Virus record (IMG/VR): IMGVR_UViG_3300044966_000489
Strand: one strand, 5' to 3'
DNA: 64,000 bases
From: a virus
The translations under genes and the position numbers were made by a program. This document shows positions 9,436-22,100 of this stretch, in pieces. A model generated the notes under the pieces. It saw only the letters and a list, made by a program, of their open reading frames with translations, was not told the origin of the DNA and ran no database searches. Numbering within the stretch: the first letter of the stretch is position 1; each line of letters opens with the position of its first letter.

Positions 9436-12400
9436 TTATTTATATAATGGGATGTAAACTGTGTCTCCGGGACTAAGTGCGCCAGTTTGAATTGGCAACC
9501 AACCAACAAATGTTTTGCCAGCCGTTCCTCCTGCTGCTCCTGCTAATAATGCAGTTTCCACTCTTAAAACAGGGTTAAAGCTATCGCCTTTAATATGTAA
9601 TCTTGCGGCATTTGGAGTTACGTTGCCAATTCCAACGTTTGCAGATGTGCTAATTTCAATAGCTTTTGTACCATTTAAGCCTAAGTATCCATAATCTCCA
9701 ATACCGTCTCCGCCATTAACATAAAACTGCATTGGTTGAGCGGTACAAGCTATTCTTGCAACACCATCGCCAATAGCAAAAGAAAGTATTTGATTCGCTA
9801 CTGCTGAATTTCTTTCTACTAATCTTAAAGTAGTTACGTCATCTTGTTGTATAACTGCTGTATCATAAAGTCTAGCATTTACAGATTGAACGCCATTATT
9901 TACAATAAATGGCCTGTTTGAACTAGAATAAGAAGGCGTACCAACATGAAGTCTTCCGCTTGGACTTAAAGTGCCAATTCCTACATTATCTCCAAATAGA
10001 ATAGCATTTCCTTGATTATTTACATATAAAGGCTTGGAACCCCAGCTTTGAATATAGGCATAAGAACCATCTGCGCCCAAAGTTAAATCAGTATTATTAC
10101 TATTTCCAATTGCGGCTGCATATGTATTTTTTGAAGTTGTAGTAAGAGCGGCTGCGAGAACAGTTAATCTAGATGTCGCGCTATCTGTTCCAACAGCGAG
10201 ACTTGCTCCACTTATATAGCAGTCTATTGCCCTTGTAGATCTAATTGAAGATTTCCAATGAACAGAGTCATCCCATAGAGTAACAGCACTTGCAACATTC
10301 CAAGAACCTGCACCGTCATTTGAAGCGTACCATTTAGTTCCTCCACCCGGAGACATTACAAATAACTGATTATTACTATTAGCATTATGATGAGTCCAAG
10401 TTCCTTCTCTATAATATATTCCTGCGCTTAAATAAACTTCAGAATCCCAAGGAAGGATTCCATAAGCCGCCATACTAGAATTTTTTCTAACAACAATTGC
10501 TGAATTAGAAGTGCCATTTGTGTCAATAGAAATACCAGAAGCTCCTGCAAAATCTGTACCAATTGTTAATCTGGAACTAGGAGCAGCAGTTGAAGTAGCT
10601 AAACCTAAATTACCTCTTTGAGAAATGGCAAATTGTCTATTGACCCCTCCGCTTACATTCCAAACCGCAAATGTAGAATTTTCATCTGCACCAATTCCTC
10701 CTTGGCCAGTAGCACTAGCCGTTCTTCCTAGAACTAATTGAATAGAAGCACTTGCTGCGTTTATTTGCGCTCCATAGTTTACTCTCTTATTAGCAATAGC
10801 AACTCCAACACCTAACTCATCAGCAACATAAAGATCAGCACCAACAGTAAGATTAGTACCAGCACTAATACTTGTACCTGCGCTTATACTTCCTGTAAAG
10901 GTTCTATTGCCGGGGTGATAAACTTTTATAATTTTCCATCCAGAAATACGACAGGCTCTTGTTCCAGTTCCTGCTGTATAATTGAATAAAGCTTGAGGAG
11001 TCCAATATTTTGTACCAGATACAAATTGACCAACTGAGCTTCCAAATCCAGTAATATAACCACTTACTTTAGTCCAACTAGTACCGGGACTATAATTACT
11101 CATTACCCAATAACCATAAGAACCGGGATTGCCTCCTAAACTACTAAAATTGTGATCGAAATCTTGGCTTCCCATGTAGTGACCTTGATTTGTTCCTACA
11201 TTTTGAATCCAACATTCCATGTAGAAAATATCACTAGTGTCTACTGGAATATAAGGGAAGCCAGAATCAGCAAATCCACCAACATTAGCTGATCCATCAA
11301 TATAAATACAATAACCCCCGGGAGCATCAGCTACTGCTACCCAAGTGACACTACTACTATTAAAATATTTTTGAAGTTCAGCTTGGCTCCATGTGGGGTC
11401 TATTTCAAATACCGTTTCTCCGGGAGAATAGTGGCCAAGCGGATAACCTTCAGAATTACTAATTCTACTATTCGTTCTTAGGATTCCACCTCTAACGTCT
11501 AGTTTTTCGGCTGGATTTGTTGTATTTATTCCTATAGTATTAGCAACATATAAATTACCATTTCCAATAGTAGAAGAAGCAAACGAGCTTCCTAAACTAT
11601 ATCCAACACCAATACTTTTATCTACTGTAAAATTACCCCAACCATCTGATCTAAGTAAACCTTGCTGACTTACATCTGATCTTGAAGTGTTAATTATCGT
11701 TCCTTCTGTATCTTTTACATAATAAATATAGTTACCTGCACCGTCTGCGCCTAACTTTATATTTCCACGAACATCTAATTTTTGTGAGGGATTTGTTGTT
11801 CCAATACCAACATTACCATTACCATCAATTATCATGTCGGTATTAACGCCTCTATTAAATTTTAAAACAGCAGCGGCGAAATTTCTTGTAATTCTTGCTT
11901 CTTCAGTACCAGCAATATCATAATATAGTTCTAAATTTGAAGTACTATTCCATCTGCCAAATTTAGTTCTAGATACATATGTTGAAACGTATTCATTCAA
12001 TATACCCATATGATATGTGGCGTCTAAATCTGTTATAAATGAACCACCATTATCATATACATGAAGTTTACTACTAGGACTTGTAGTACCTATACCGACA
12101 CTACCTTCAACAATTAATCCATTCGCTGGAGCAGATACATTGTAGCTATTTGAGCCAATGCTCGCGGCTCCAATTACTGATAATTTATTTGCTGGGTTAC
12201 TCGTACCAACACCAATTTTATTATTAATTAAAACGAAGTCTCCACTTCCATATTGCCCAGCGACAACCCTATCATCAGCAAAGACTTCTAGGACTGGAAG
12301 ACCTGCGGAATTGTTTACTGACATTAACGAATCACTGAGGTCATCAACGACTGAGAATAGGGTTCCGTTTGTACCGTCTGTTCTAAAAACTGTTTCGCCA

Positions 12401-15400
12401 GCGACAGAAGAAACGACATGAAGTTTACCTGTTGGATTTGTCGTTCCAATTCCAACATAAGATCCGGGTTTGATCTTGATTGCGGTTTCCCAAGCATTTC
12501 CTGCGGTATTCCCTATGTTAAGATTTAAATTATCTGTATAAGAACCCGGATATAAATCAGTTACAAGTTGAACATAACTTAAAGCCCTTAGATATCCCCC
12601 TGCAATTAATGCTCCATCTGTTCTAAGAGTATCTTCCGCGCCACGATAAAGATTAGCTTGAGCATCTGCACCAAATGTTATGCCACTTGCTGCTGTTGTA
12701 GAACCCGCACCACCAACTGACAAGAGAGTAGTTGGAGAAGCCGTTCCTATTCCAAGTTTACCTGCCGCATTTAGTGTCATCAAATTAGTACCGTCACCAT
12801 AACCTTTTCCACCTTTGTTCCACTCATATGATCTACTAGCAACAGAATTGGTGTTATCAATTTGAAACACTAAATTATATTTTGCACTTATTACCGCATT
12901 ATCGTCATTATTAAAACCTATACTAGATGCTGTAGTATTTGGTACTTGACCAATTTGCAAAAGACCACCGTTAGTAGTTGATGTCGTAGTCCTAATTAAT
13001 ACATTACCAGCAGAATTGATTCTTACTCTTTCCGTTCCGCTAGTCACAAAAGCTATATCAGGATAAGGTCCAGTATCTCTATAAGTAGCATCAATTGTAG
13101 CTAATGAAGCATTTGTATAAAGATGTAAAGCTCTATCAAAACTAGCATTTCCCGGCTCTTGGATTACTAAACCTACATTTGATGATTTTTGCTTAATAAA
13201 AACCATTGCACTTGTCCCAGTGCTTGAAGGCCAATCCCCTCCAAGACCAACATGTAATGGAGCTAATGGAGAAGTTGTCCCAATACCAACATTACCACCA
13301 TCTCCTTTGATGGTCATACGAGTAGTCATCGTCCCTGCTACATTTTGTCTAAATCGTATGTCTCCGTAAACTTGTGCAGCACTTACTGGATAGGTATTAT
13401 CTATAGAAGAGATAGCACTGTTTGCATTATAAATTAAATTTAATCCGTGTGTTTCAGAATTATTGTAACTTATTTTAATTCCATGATCATCCGCACTTGT
13501 ATTATTAATTCTAACAAATGGATTGGCACCATGTACATTTAACAACGTGCTAGGACTTGTTGTGCCTATACCAACATTGCCTCCAAGTGGTGCTAAAATT
13601 ATATTCCTATCATTGTCAACAGCAATATCTGTTGCTTGAATCCATCCATATCCTCCATCTGCGCTAATACCGAAATTGAGTTGAGTAGGACCTACACCGG
13701 GGCCTCTAATTTTTAGCATACCCGCATTGTCATCAGGAGTTCCGTAACTGCCTACTATGTCTAATTTTTGAGTAGGACTTGTTGTACCTATACCAATATT
13801 CCCATCATATTGAGCCGTAAAAACTTGATGCATATTAGTGTCAGCTTTTCTGACAGAAATGCCAAAATTACTTAACCAATAACTTGTTGCATCAACCTTA
13901 TAACCAGCCAACCTTACAGAAGAATGATCATTTTGAACTAATTCAATTACCGCAGGTATATTTAATCCAGTTTGATAATTTACTACTTGTATATTTGAAA
14001 TATTACCGGCAGAATTACTATTCCAAGTGCTAGTATTTTTGTTATCATATAAAACCAATTTATTAGGTGGATTTGCTACATTTATACCAACATTACCAAT
14101 TTCATTTAAATATAATGCATTTTGTACGCCTGACGGATGAAATGCTATAGGTCCAATAGTTGTATAAATGTTAAGAGAGTCAACTCCTCCCCAACCCGCA
14201 TTGCTTCTATTTTTAAAAATTTGAGCGTTACCGTTGCTTGTTACTAAGAAGAGATCAGTATATAATGTATTATTAGTACTTCCTAAAAAGAATTCAAGAG
14301 AAGTTTGATTATTGTAAAATCTTCCAATGTTTTTGTTAGTATCATAAACATCCAATCTATAAGCAGGATCTGTTGAGCCTATGCCAACGTGACCATTAGC
14401 ATATTGAATTATCATTCTAGTTATAGAATTAGTACTATCTCTAAAATGCAAATCACCATCCGCATTAACAGTATAAGTCTTATCTGTTGTACCAATGTAC
14501 CATCTGCTTGTATCTCCTAAAAATAGACCTTCGTTTGGACCACCTTCTATATTTATTGAAGTGCCTATAGAAAGACTCTCCATGAAGTTGCTAGTGCTAG
14601 TAGAATAAAATCCGCCAGCAGCGACTAATTGAGAATCTGTTTTTATTTGAGAAGCCGTGCTTCTGTATAGATTAGCGACAGCATCTCCTCCAAGTGTTAT
14701 ACCGCTTGCTGGGGCTGTTGAACCTACTCCGCCAATATTTAAAAGAGAACTTGTAGTTCTTGTGCCGATTAAAACTCTTGATCCGCTTATTGCAAAATTT
14801 AAATTACTAAGATGATCTTCTACAGATAAAGAATAATTTGATGAGTGATCTCTAATTCTTAAACCGGCGTTTGAACTTAATTGATTTGCTGCGGATACGT
14901 TATTACCTCTTTCTAATAAAATTATATTTGTAGCCGCTGGATTTGTGAATAATTCAGAAAAATAGCCAATAGGCTGAGAAGTGTTTGAATTTCTAGTAAC
15001 ATTTAATCTTCCTGTGACAATAGTAGTTCCAATACCAACATTTGCACCATTTGGATTTAATAACAATGGATAGTTTGCACTTAAATCTGTTTCGTCCGTG
15101 GATTGAATCCAAGCACCATTTCCGCCAGCCCTTATGCCAAAATCTAGGACAGCATTGTCTGTAGTATTGCTTATTCTGAAAATTCCACTTTGAGTTGTGG
15201 CAATAGAAGCAGGATTTCCAACTGTACCTTCAATTTGAAGTTTTTGTACAGGTCTTGTCGTGCCAACGCCAACATTACTAGCATAACCAACCGACATTAT
15301 TACATCAGCTACTAGATTAGCTGATCTATTAATAGCAAAGTCTATTCTTGTGTCTGTATTACTATTCCAATAAGGAGTAATTTGAGCGCGATAACCAGTA

Positions 15401-16155
15401 GTAGTATCATATCTTAATTGAATACCCTGCCCTTGAGTAGAAGCAATGTCTAAATTAAAAAGAGCAGTTTGTAGATTTCCTAAACCTAAAAAACCATTAT
15501 TTCTAAGAACGAAAATATTACTTCCATTTGTATTTCCATTATAAGCAATATTTAAAAAGTTAGTATCAAGACCAACAGAATAAAAAACTCCACCATTTCT
15601 TTGAAGTCTTACTACTTCAGAAAAAGCTCCCTGAGCATTATTAATATGCAAACCTCCAGAAGGCAATACCGTTCCAATTCCAACGCATCCATCTCTACTT
15701 ATAGCAAAATCAGTATTGTCTGTAACTCCAGCTCTAGTACTTCTAAGTATTTCAAATTGTGAATTGTAATTTCCACCATTTCCAGCCCTTGCAACTGTTC
15801 CCAATTTCCATTTCCAAGCATCGCCAAGATTAACAGAGTAATCCTCAACAGAATCAAATTGCAAATAAGCTTTTAAAGCACCCGTTGTCAAATTGAATCC
15901 AGCAAATGGAAATCTTAAGTATTGACCATATGAGCTATTGTAAACATCATGCCCTACAACAACATTTCCAGATACTTGTAGTTTTTCTGCGGGAGCGGTT
16001 GTATTTATTCCAACGTTTCCAGCAGAAGTCACATAAAGTCTATTTACATCATTAGTTTTTATTGAAATAGGCTGCGAGTCAGATGTCCTGACTGTCAGCG
16101 TCCCTGCTGTTGAATTTACATCATTAGATGCTGGTGTAATTACGATATCGCCCAT
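9436..16155 (-). CDS. Giant tail-fibre-like protein (2239 aa) with GNVGIGTxxP repeats
   Basis: Many GNVGIGTTxP..KL.V repeats separated by variable modules. Confidence 0.8.
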   Translation of the reverse strand: MGDIVITPASNDVNSTAGTLTVRTSDSQPISIKTNDVNRLYVTSAGNVGINTTAPAEKLQVSGNVVVGHDVYNSSYGQYLRFPFAGFNLTTGALKAYLQFDSVEDYSVNLGDAWKWKLGTVARAGNGGNYNSQFEILRSTRAGVTDNTDFAISRDGCVGIGTVLPSGGLHINNAQGAFSEVVRLQRNGGVFYSVGLDTNFLNIAYNGNTNGSNIFVLRNNGFLGLGNLQTALFNLDIASTQGQGIQLRYDTTTGYRAQITPYWNSNTDTRIDFAINRSANLVADVIMSVGYASNVGVGTTRPVQKLQIEGTVGNPASIATTQSGIFRISNTTDNAVLDFGIRAGGNGAWIQSTDETDLSANYPLLLNPNGANVGIGTTIVTGRLNVTRNSNTSQPIGYFSELFTNPAATNIILLERGNNVSAANQLSSNAGLRIRDHSSNYSLSVEDHLSNLNFAISGSRVLIGTRTTSSLLNIGGVGSTAPASGITLGGDAVANLYRSTASQIKTDSQLVAAGGFYSTSTSNFMESLSIGTSINIEGGPNEGLFLGDTSRWYIGTTDKTYTVNADGDLHFRDSTNSITRMIIQYANGHVGIGSTDPAYRLDVYDTNKNIGRFYNNQTSLEFFLGSTNNTLYTDLFLVTSNGNAQIFKNRSNAGWGGVDSLNIYTTIGPIAFHPSGVQNALYLNEIGNVGINVANPPNKLVLYDNKNTSTWNSNSAGNISNIQVVNYQTGLNIPAVIELVQNDHSSVRLAGYKVDATSYWLSNFGISVRKADTNMHQVFTAQYDGNIGIGTTSPTQKLDIVGSYGTPDDNAGMLKIRGPGVGPTQLNFGISADGGYGWIQATDIAVDNDRNIILAPLGGNVGIGTTSPSTLLNVHGANPFVRINNTSADDHGIKISYNNSETHGLNLIYNANSAISSIDNTYPVSAAQVYGDIRFRQNVAGTMTTRMTIKGDGGNVGIGTTSPLAPLHVGLGGDWPSSTGTSAMVFIKQKSSNVGLVIQEPGNASFDRALHLYTNASLATIDATYRDTGPYPDIAFVTSGTERVRINSAGNVLIRTTTSTTNGGLLQIGQVPNTTASSIGFNNDDNAVISAKYNLVFQIDNTNSVASRSYEWNKGGKGYGDGTNLMTLNAAGKLGIGTASPTTLLSVGGAGSTTAASGITFGADAQANLYRGAEDTLRTDGALIAGGYLRALSYVQLVTDLYPGSYTDNLNLNIGNTAGNAWETAIKIKPGSYVGIGTTNPTGKLHVVSSVAGETVFRTDGTNGTLFSVVDDLSDSLMSVNNSAGLPVLEVFADDRVVAGQYGSGDFVLINNKIGVGTSNPANKLSVIGAASIGSNSYNVSAPANGLIVEGSVGIGTTSPSSKLHVYDNGGSFITDLDATYHMGILNEYVSTYVSRTKFGRWNSTSNLELYYDIAGTEEARITRNFAAAVLKFNRGVNTDMIIDGNGNVGIGTTNPSQKLDVRGNIKLGADGAGNYIYYVKDTEGTIINTSRSDVSQQGLLRSDGWGNFTVDKSIGVGYSLGSSFASSTIGNGNLYVANTIGINTTNPAEKLDVRGGILRTNSRISNSEGYPLGHYSPGETVFEIDPTWSQAELQKYFNSSSVTWVAVADAPGGYCIYIDGSANVGGFADSGFPYIPVDTSDIFYMECWIQNVGTNQGHYMGSQDFDHNFSSLGGNPGSYGYWVMSNYSPGTSWTKVSGYITGFGSSVGQFVSGTKYWTPQALFNYTAGTGTRACRISGWKIIKVYHPGNRTFTGSISAGTSISAGTNLTVGADLYVADELGVGVAIANKRVNYGAQINAASASIQLVLGRTASATGQGGIGADENSTFAVWNVSGGVNRQFAISQRGNLGLATSTAAPSSRLTIGTDFAGASGISIDTNGTSNSAIVVRKNSSMAAYGILPWDSEVYLSAGIYYREGTWTHHNANSNNQLFVMSPGGGTKWYASNDGAGSWNVASAVTLWDDSVHWKSSIRSTRAIDCYISGASLAVGTDSATSRLTVLAAALTTTSKNTYAAAIGNSNNTDLTLGADGSYAYIQSWGSKPLYVNNQGNAILFGDNVGIGTLSPSGRLHVGTPSYSSSNRPFIVNNGVQSVNARLYDTAVIQQDDVTTLRLVERNSAVANQILSFAIGDGVARIACTAQPMQFYVNGGDGIGDYGYLGLNGTKAIEISTSANVGIGNVTPNAARLHIKGDSFNPVLRVETALLAGAAGGTAGKTFVGWLPIQTGALSPGDTVYIPLYK

Positions 16156-16159
16156 ATTT

Positions 16160-19100
16160 TTATTCCGTATACCTTTCAGTTACAAGTTTAGAAACATCCT
16201 TACGCTCTGCAAAAATTGTATAGTAATAATTATATATATTATCATCACTATCTGTATAAATGTACACTTTGTTGTGGCCTATTTGATCTACACTATAGTT
16301 TCTTATTTTACCATCTTTGCGTTTGCCTATTGATGTTAAATCAACGGTTATTGAATCATCATGAACTAAACCTGACCAATAATGAGGTAGGTTTATTTCG
16401 CTATTATTATTTTGGCCTCTGAAATAGACGCCGTTTTCTGGGCCTTCTAAAGAGGCATGCGCCAATCTCTTGCCAGAAATTGTTGGGTGAGTTATATCGA
16501 AACTCTTTGTCGTAGCCGCAAAACTACCATTAACTTGAAGCCTATAAGTAGTATTACTTACTGTATTTATACCTACATAAGTACCATCATCAAAGATTTG
16601 GCTATTTGTTACTGATTTAGTGCCATTCCATTTCGTAATATAATTTAAAGTACCATTACCAGATACTAGATTTGCGGCAGTAACGTTTCCTACTACTATT
16701 AAATTTCCATCTGATTTAATTGTGTCTTCTGCGGATCTGTAAAAATTAGCTTCAGCATCATTACCAAAACTCATTCCACTTACAGCGGTCACAGAGGAAG
16801 TTGGACCTATATTTAATAAAGCTGGCGGAGTATTTCCAGCATTTCCTGCTATATTTAAACGACCTTCTTTGTTAAGAACCATCGCTATTCTGCCGCTAGA
16901 ATAGAAATAAGTTTGCTGTACGGAAGCTCCATGATTAAATAAAACTAATGATGGAGCATTTCCATCTGTAGTTGTCGCATAAGGACCAACATAAGCGACA
17001 TTTAAAGAAGTAATTCCAAGCATTTCAACAGCTAGACCAGTACTGCTAGTGAAAGCAACAGAGCCGCCTGAAATTTGTAGTTTATGTTGTGTGTTTGTTA
17101 ATCCTATTCCAACGTTTCCGTTATTCGCAATTGTCATTCTGGTATTAGCAGCAGATCCTGCTGATGTACCAAATTCAAGTCTATAATAGTCTATTCCAGC
17201 ACCTTGTATACCTCTTACATAAGCTGAATATGGATAATATGTTGATTGAGCGTTGCCTAATTTTAATTCAGCATAGTAACCATCAACATTGCCATCTACT
17301 GATACTAAAATCGTAGAAGGAGAAGCCCCTTGGAATGTAGCTACTGGATCAGTTCTGTTATAATAAGCTGTACCATTAGAAGCTATTACTGATAATTTAT
17401 TTAATGGCTCTGTTGTGCCTATGCCAACTTTACCTGCTTCATTTATTGTTATCTTTGCATCTGATAAAGTAGCATTGCTAGAACCAGCTTGAGGTCCATT
17501 TAAAATGTGAACTTTGCCTTGAGCGTTGCTTGAAGTTAAATCTGTTCTTTCAAAAACAATGGCAGATTTTCTATATAAGTTATTGTCTTCTCTATATCCA
17601 AAATGTATACCGCACCAATTTCCAACGCCTAATGACGTTGCTCCAACAGTTACGAAATCATTACTTGAAGAAATAGCATCAAGAGGTTTTTGAGGAATAG
17701 TTAAACCTACACCTACATTACCATTGCTTAAAATACTTAATCTCTCAACCCCCGCATCATCATCAATAAAACGTAAACGATCATTTGCTATGATGGTCCA
17801 TTCGCCATCTATATTCTTCATTTTGATTCCAGCATTACCCGCGCCAGAATTTCTTGCGTAGAAGAATGTATTACTAGTATTTAAATCATTATATAAATAA
17901 ACTTGCTCGCCACGAACGTGCAATCTTTGCGCTGGGCTTGTTGTATTTATTCCTACATTGCCACCATCAGGATTTAATAACAATGAAGTAGCAGAACCGG
18001 GGAAAGCAGTTAATGCTTGAATTTTATCAGTAACATAAGTAATTCCACCTAAAGCAGTTGTACCAATAACTTTTAATTGCGCCCATGAATCTACGGAACT
18101 TGTACCAATTCCGACTTTGCCTTCAACAGTTAAGCCATTTGCAGGAGCGGCGACATTGAAAGAGTTACTACCTATGCTTGCCGCGCCAATTACAGAGAGT
18201 TTATTAGCTGGATTGGTCGTGCCAATTCCTATTTTATTATTAACTAAAACAAAGTCGCCGCTATTGTACTGTCCAGCTACAATACGGTCATCAGCAAAAA
18301 CTTCCAACACAGGAAGACCTGCTCCATTATTAACAGAGAAAAGCGAATCACTTAAATCATCAACAACGGATAATAAAGTTCCATTCGTTCCATCTACTCT
18401 TAGGACAGTTTCATTAGCAATAGAAGAAACGATATGAAGCTTGCCACTTGGCTGAGTAGTGCCTATGCCTACATAAGATCCGGGTTTGATCTTAATTGCA
18501 GTTTCCCAATTAGTTGCTGAAAGATTTCCTATATTAAGATTTAAATTATCTGTATAAGAATCAGGATATAAATTAGTTAAAAGTTGAACGTAGCTTAAAG
18601 CTCTAATATAGCCACCTGCTATAAATGCACCATCTGTTCTAATAGTATCTTCTGCCGAACGATAAAGATTAGCTTGCGCATCTCCGCCAAAAGTTATACC
18701 ACTTGCTGGTCCTGTAGAACCGGCACCACCAACCGACAAGAGAGTAGTTGGAGAAGCAGTTCCTATACCTACATTACCACCATTAAAATAAGATGTGCCA
18801 TTTGCTTGAATATCTACTTTGGTAGTAGTATCACTTCTCATTAACAAACGAGCATCATTAGAAGCATTGGTTGAAAGTATAAATGTATTTTTGCCAGCAG
18901 TATTAGGCGAAATATATACATCTCCATTTACATCTAATTTAGCACCGGGACTTGCTGTTCCTATTCCAACTTTTCCATCATAAGTGAATCTAACTGACTC
19001 CGTTAAACTAGTATCTCCAGTAGCTCTTCTAGATGAAAAAGCTAAATCGCCTAATCCATATCCATTTCCATTCAAGAACAAAGATTTAATTGCCCACTGA

Positions 19101-22100
19101 GGAGTATATGTTCCAGCATCATTTACATTTGCAAACAATACTGAACCACCTTGATTTGAGTTATTTAAAGAACTTGCTACTAATATTGAGCCGCCTTTGT
19201 TACCTGCATCAGTTACATTTGCGGTTGCTTGATTTGCGCCAATTACAGTAAGTTGATAATTTGGATTCGTAGTTCCAACTCCAACATTATTGTTGCCCAT
19301 CAAAGTTAAAGCAGGAGTAGAGTTAATTGCAGCACTAGAATTGGTATAAAATTTTAATCCCCATCTGTTACCTGCTACGGCTGAATAATATTGGGCTATT
19401 CTTGCTGCAATTTTATGAGCTTCATCATCATAGAAATCAATTCTGTTCTCTGTATTTGTGCCATAACCAGCAGAGTGTTCTAAAACTAAAAGAGTTTGAT
19501 CTCCTGCACTAGCATTTTTAATATGAACATTTCCTGAAAGATTTGCAGATATTCCTGCGCCAATTTTACCATTTGAATCAACTATTAAATCATAACCATT
19601 ACTTCTTGAAATACATAATGGGTCATTTGTTTGAGAACCAGCGACACCAATCCATCCAGTAGCTGTAAGCCTAGTTAATAAAAGATGTTTTGAATCTGAT
19701 AATGAAGCGGCATCATTTAATCTAAGAGTAGATCCATTTGCTGTAGCTGGACCAGTTATATCTAATTTATAAGCAGGAGCAAATGTTCCTATTCCTACTC
19801 TTCCTGATTCAGTAGTATATATTTGTTTTGTATTTTCAGAAGTAGAAGTGACATAAGTATAAGGCGAAGTCCATGAACTTGAAGATAATACAAAAGAATT
19901 TGGTGTTGGGCCAGTTGACGTTACCGTAATTACATTAGCGTATCCAGTGCCATAACTACCATTTACTAATCCATTAGTTTTTAATACTAAAGCTACTGAT
20001 CCATAACCATTTGGAGCAGTGTTAGACATTACATTTAATATAACATCATCAGTATTACAGTTATAAGTAGAGCATTCTAATAACTTAACATTGCCCCACA
20101 TGTCAGTTGGACGGTAAGAATTAGAAGCATTAGCAACAAAAATACCATTCCAAGATACATTACCACCATCAACAGTAACTTGTATAAGCTGATTAGAGTA
20201 ACTATTATTTCCTAATAATACCGTATATTGACCCCAATTTGCAGTAGTTGATTTAGCGACAGAAGAATAATAAGCATTATTTCCGTTATAAATTAAGCCA
20301 GCAACTGTAAGAGATCCATCTGTTTTAATTGTGTCTTCTGCTACACGATATAGGTTAGCTTGAGCATCATTTCCAAAAGTTAATCCGCTTGCTGCGGTTG
20401 TAGAACCTGCTCCTCCAATACCAAGTAATGTTGCGGGACTAACTATACCTATTCCAACTTTGCCAGCATTAGTTATATTTAATATTTTATTTGCAAGAGG
20501 TACTCCGGGAGCATCATTTCCGATAACATAAGTACTTGTATTATCTGTTGTTACTCTTGTGCGCCAAGTATTAACTCCCGCATGATCAAAATAAATGTAA
20601 TCACTATCGGCTGATTGATATACAGAAAGAGTTCCACGAACATCTAGCTTGGTCTGAGGATTTGTTGTACCTACACCAACATTTCCGCCTCTTAAAATAG
20701 TTAATCTTTGCTGCAATCCACCAGCAACAGAAGGACGAGTATAAAATCCTAAAGCGTAACCATTATCATTTGCATTTTCATTGTAAGCTGCTATTTGAGC
20801 ATTTTCTTGAAGTTCATTTCCAGCAGTTCTTCCTTTAAATACAATAGATGATCCAAAATTAGTAGTAGTAGCACTAGCATAATCAGAATTAAGCGTTAGC
20901 ATTGGCTGCAAAGTGCCTGAAGTAGCAGGAACTTTATATAGATCTAATAAGTAGCCCGGATTAAATGTGCCAATACCTACATTACCATTAGAAGTGTCTA
21001 TACGAACTCTTTCTGAACCGCCTCTAAAAACAATTGCTCCATTTGCAGAATTACTAATTACTCCAGTTGTATTTTCTTGAGCTATATATAGATAATCACT
21101 GCCAGCACCAACACCATCAGTACTATCTGGATCTAATACTAAATAAGACCTTCCTCCTATTAAAGTGTCTTTACCTAATAGATAACCTCTAGCTCCATCA
21201 TCTCCTCTTAAATTCCCTTGAACAAATACGTCTCCTTTTACATCTAATTTATATTGAGGATTTGTTGTACCTATGCCTACATAATTACTAGTTCTAAAAT
21301 TTATTGGAGAATTTAATTGATAAACTCCAGTACTAGCAAATCCATAATTTAAACCAGTAGTTTGATACGCTGACCAACCTTGAGAATAATCGCTAGAACC
21401 ATTTCTCGTTGTAATGCAGTCTACAGTAAATCTATTAAAATAACTAGAATCTCCACTATTTCCAAAACAAATAGCTAAATTATTGTTGGCATCTTTAGCA
21501 AGGTATTTTGGCGAACCATCATTTCCTAAATCAATTAAAGAATAATTGATGGGCGCATGGCTAGGACCGTAATCATAAAAAATAACTTTAAAATCGTAAA
21601 GTGAAGAATTTCCATAGTTATATCCTTTTACATGGACAATTGACATTTCATAATTAACACCTAATTTAAAAGGAGTTTGAATTACATAACCGCCAACACC
21701 ATAATTATCTAAATTAAAAGTAGTAACATTTTTATATTCTTGAAATACTCCTCCATTTGCTCTTTGAGAAAAACTTCCATGTATTCTTAAAGTAGAATTA
21801 GGAGATACAGTATTTATTCCTACATTTCCATTTGCTGCAATACGAAGTCTTTCGTTACTTGTAGAAACTGATTCAGTACCGGCAGTATTATTTGTATAAA
21901 ATATTAAAGATCCTCTTCCGTAATTATCTGTTCTTTCAAAACCAATAGAGCCTTTTACTCCATACTGAGTCGATTCGCCAGCAGCAAAACCTATGCCTAC
22001 TATATTGCCGGGGTTAAGTGTACCTAAATTAGTTAATTGAAGTTGATTAAAAATTTGAGAAGTTCCAGTCTCAGAAAATATATTTAATTTAGATACTGGA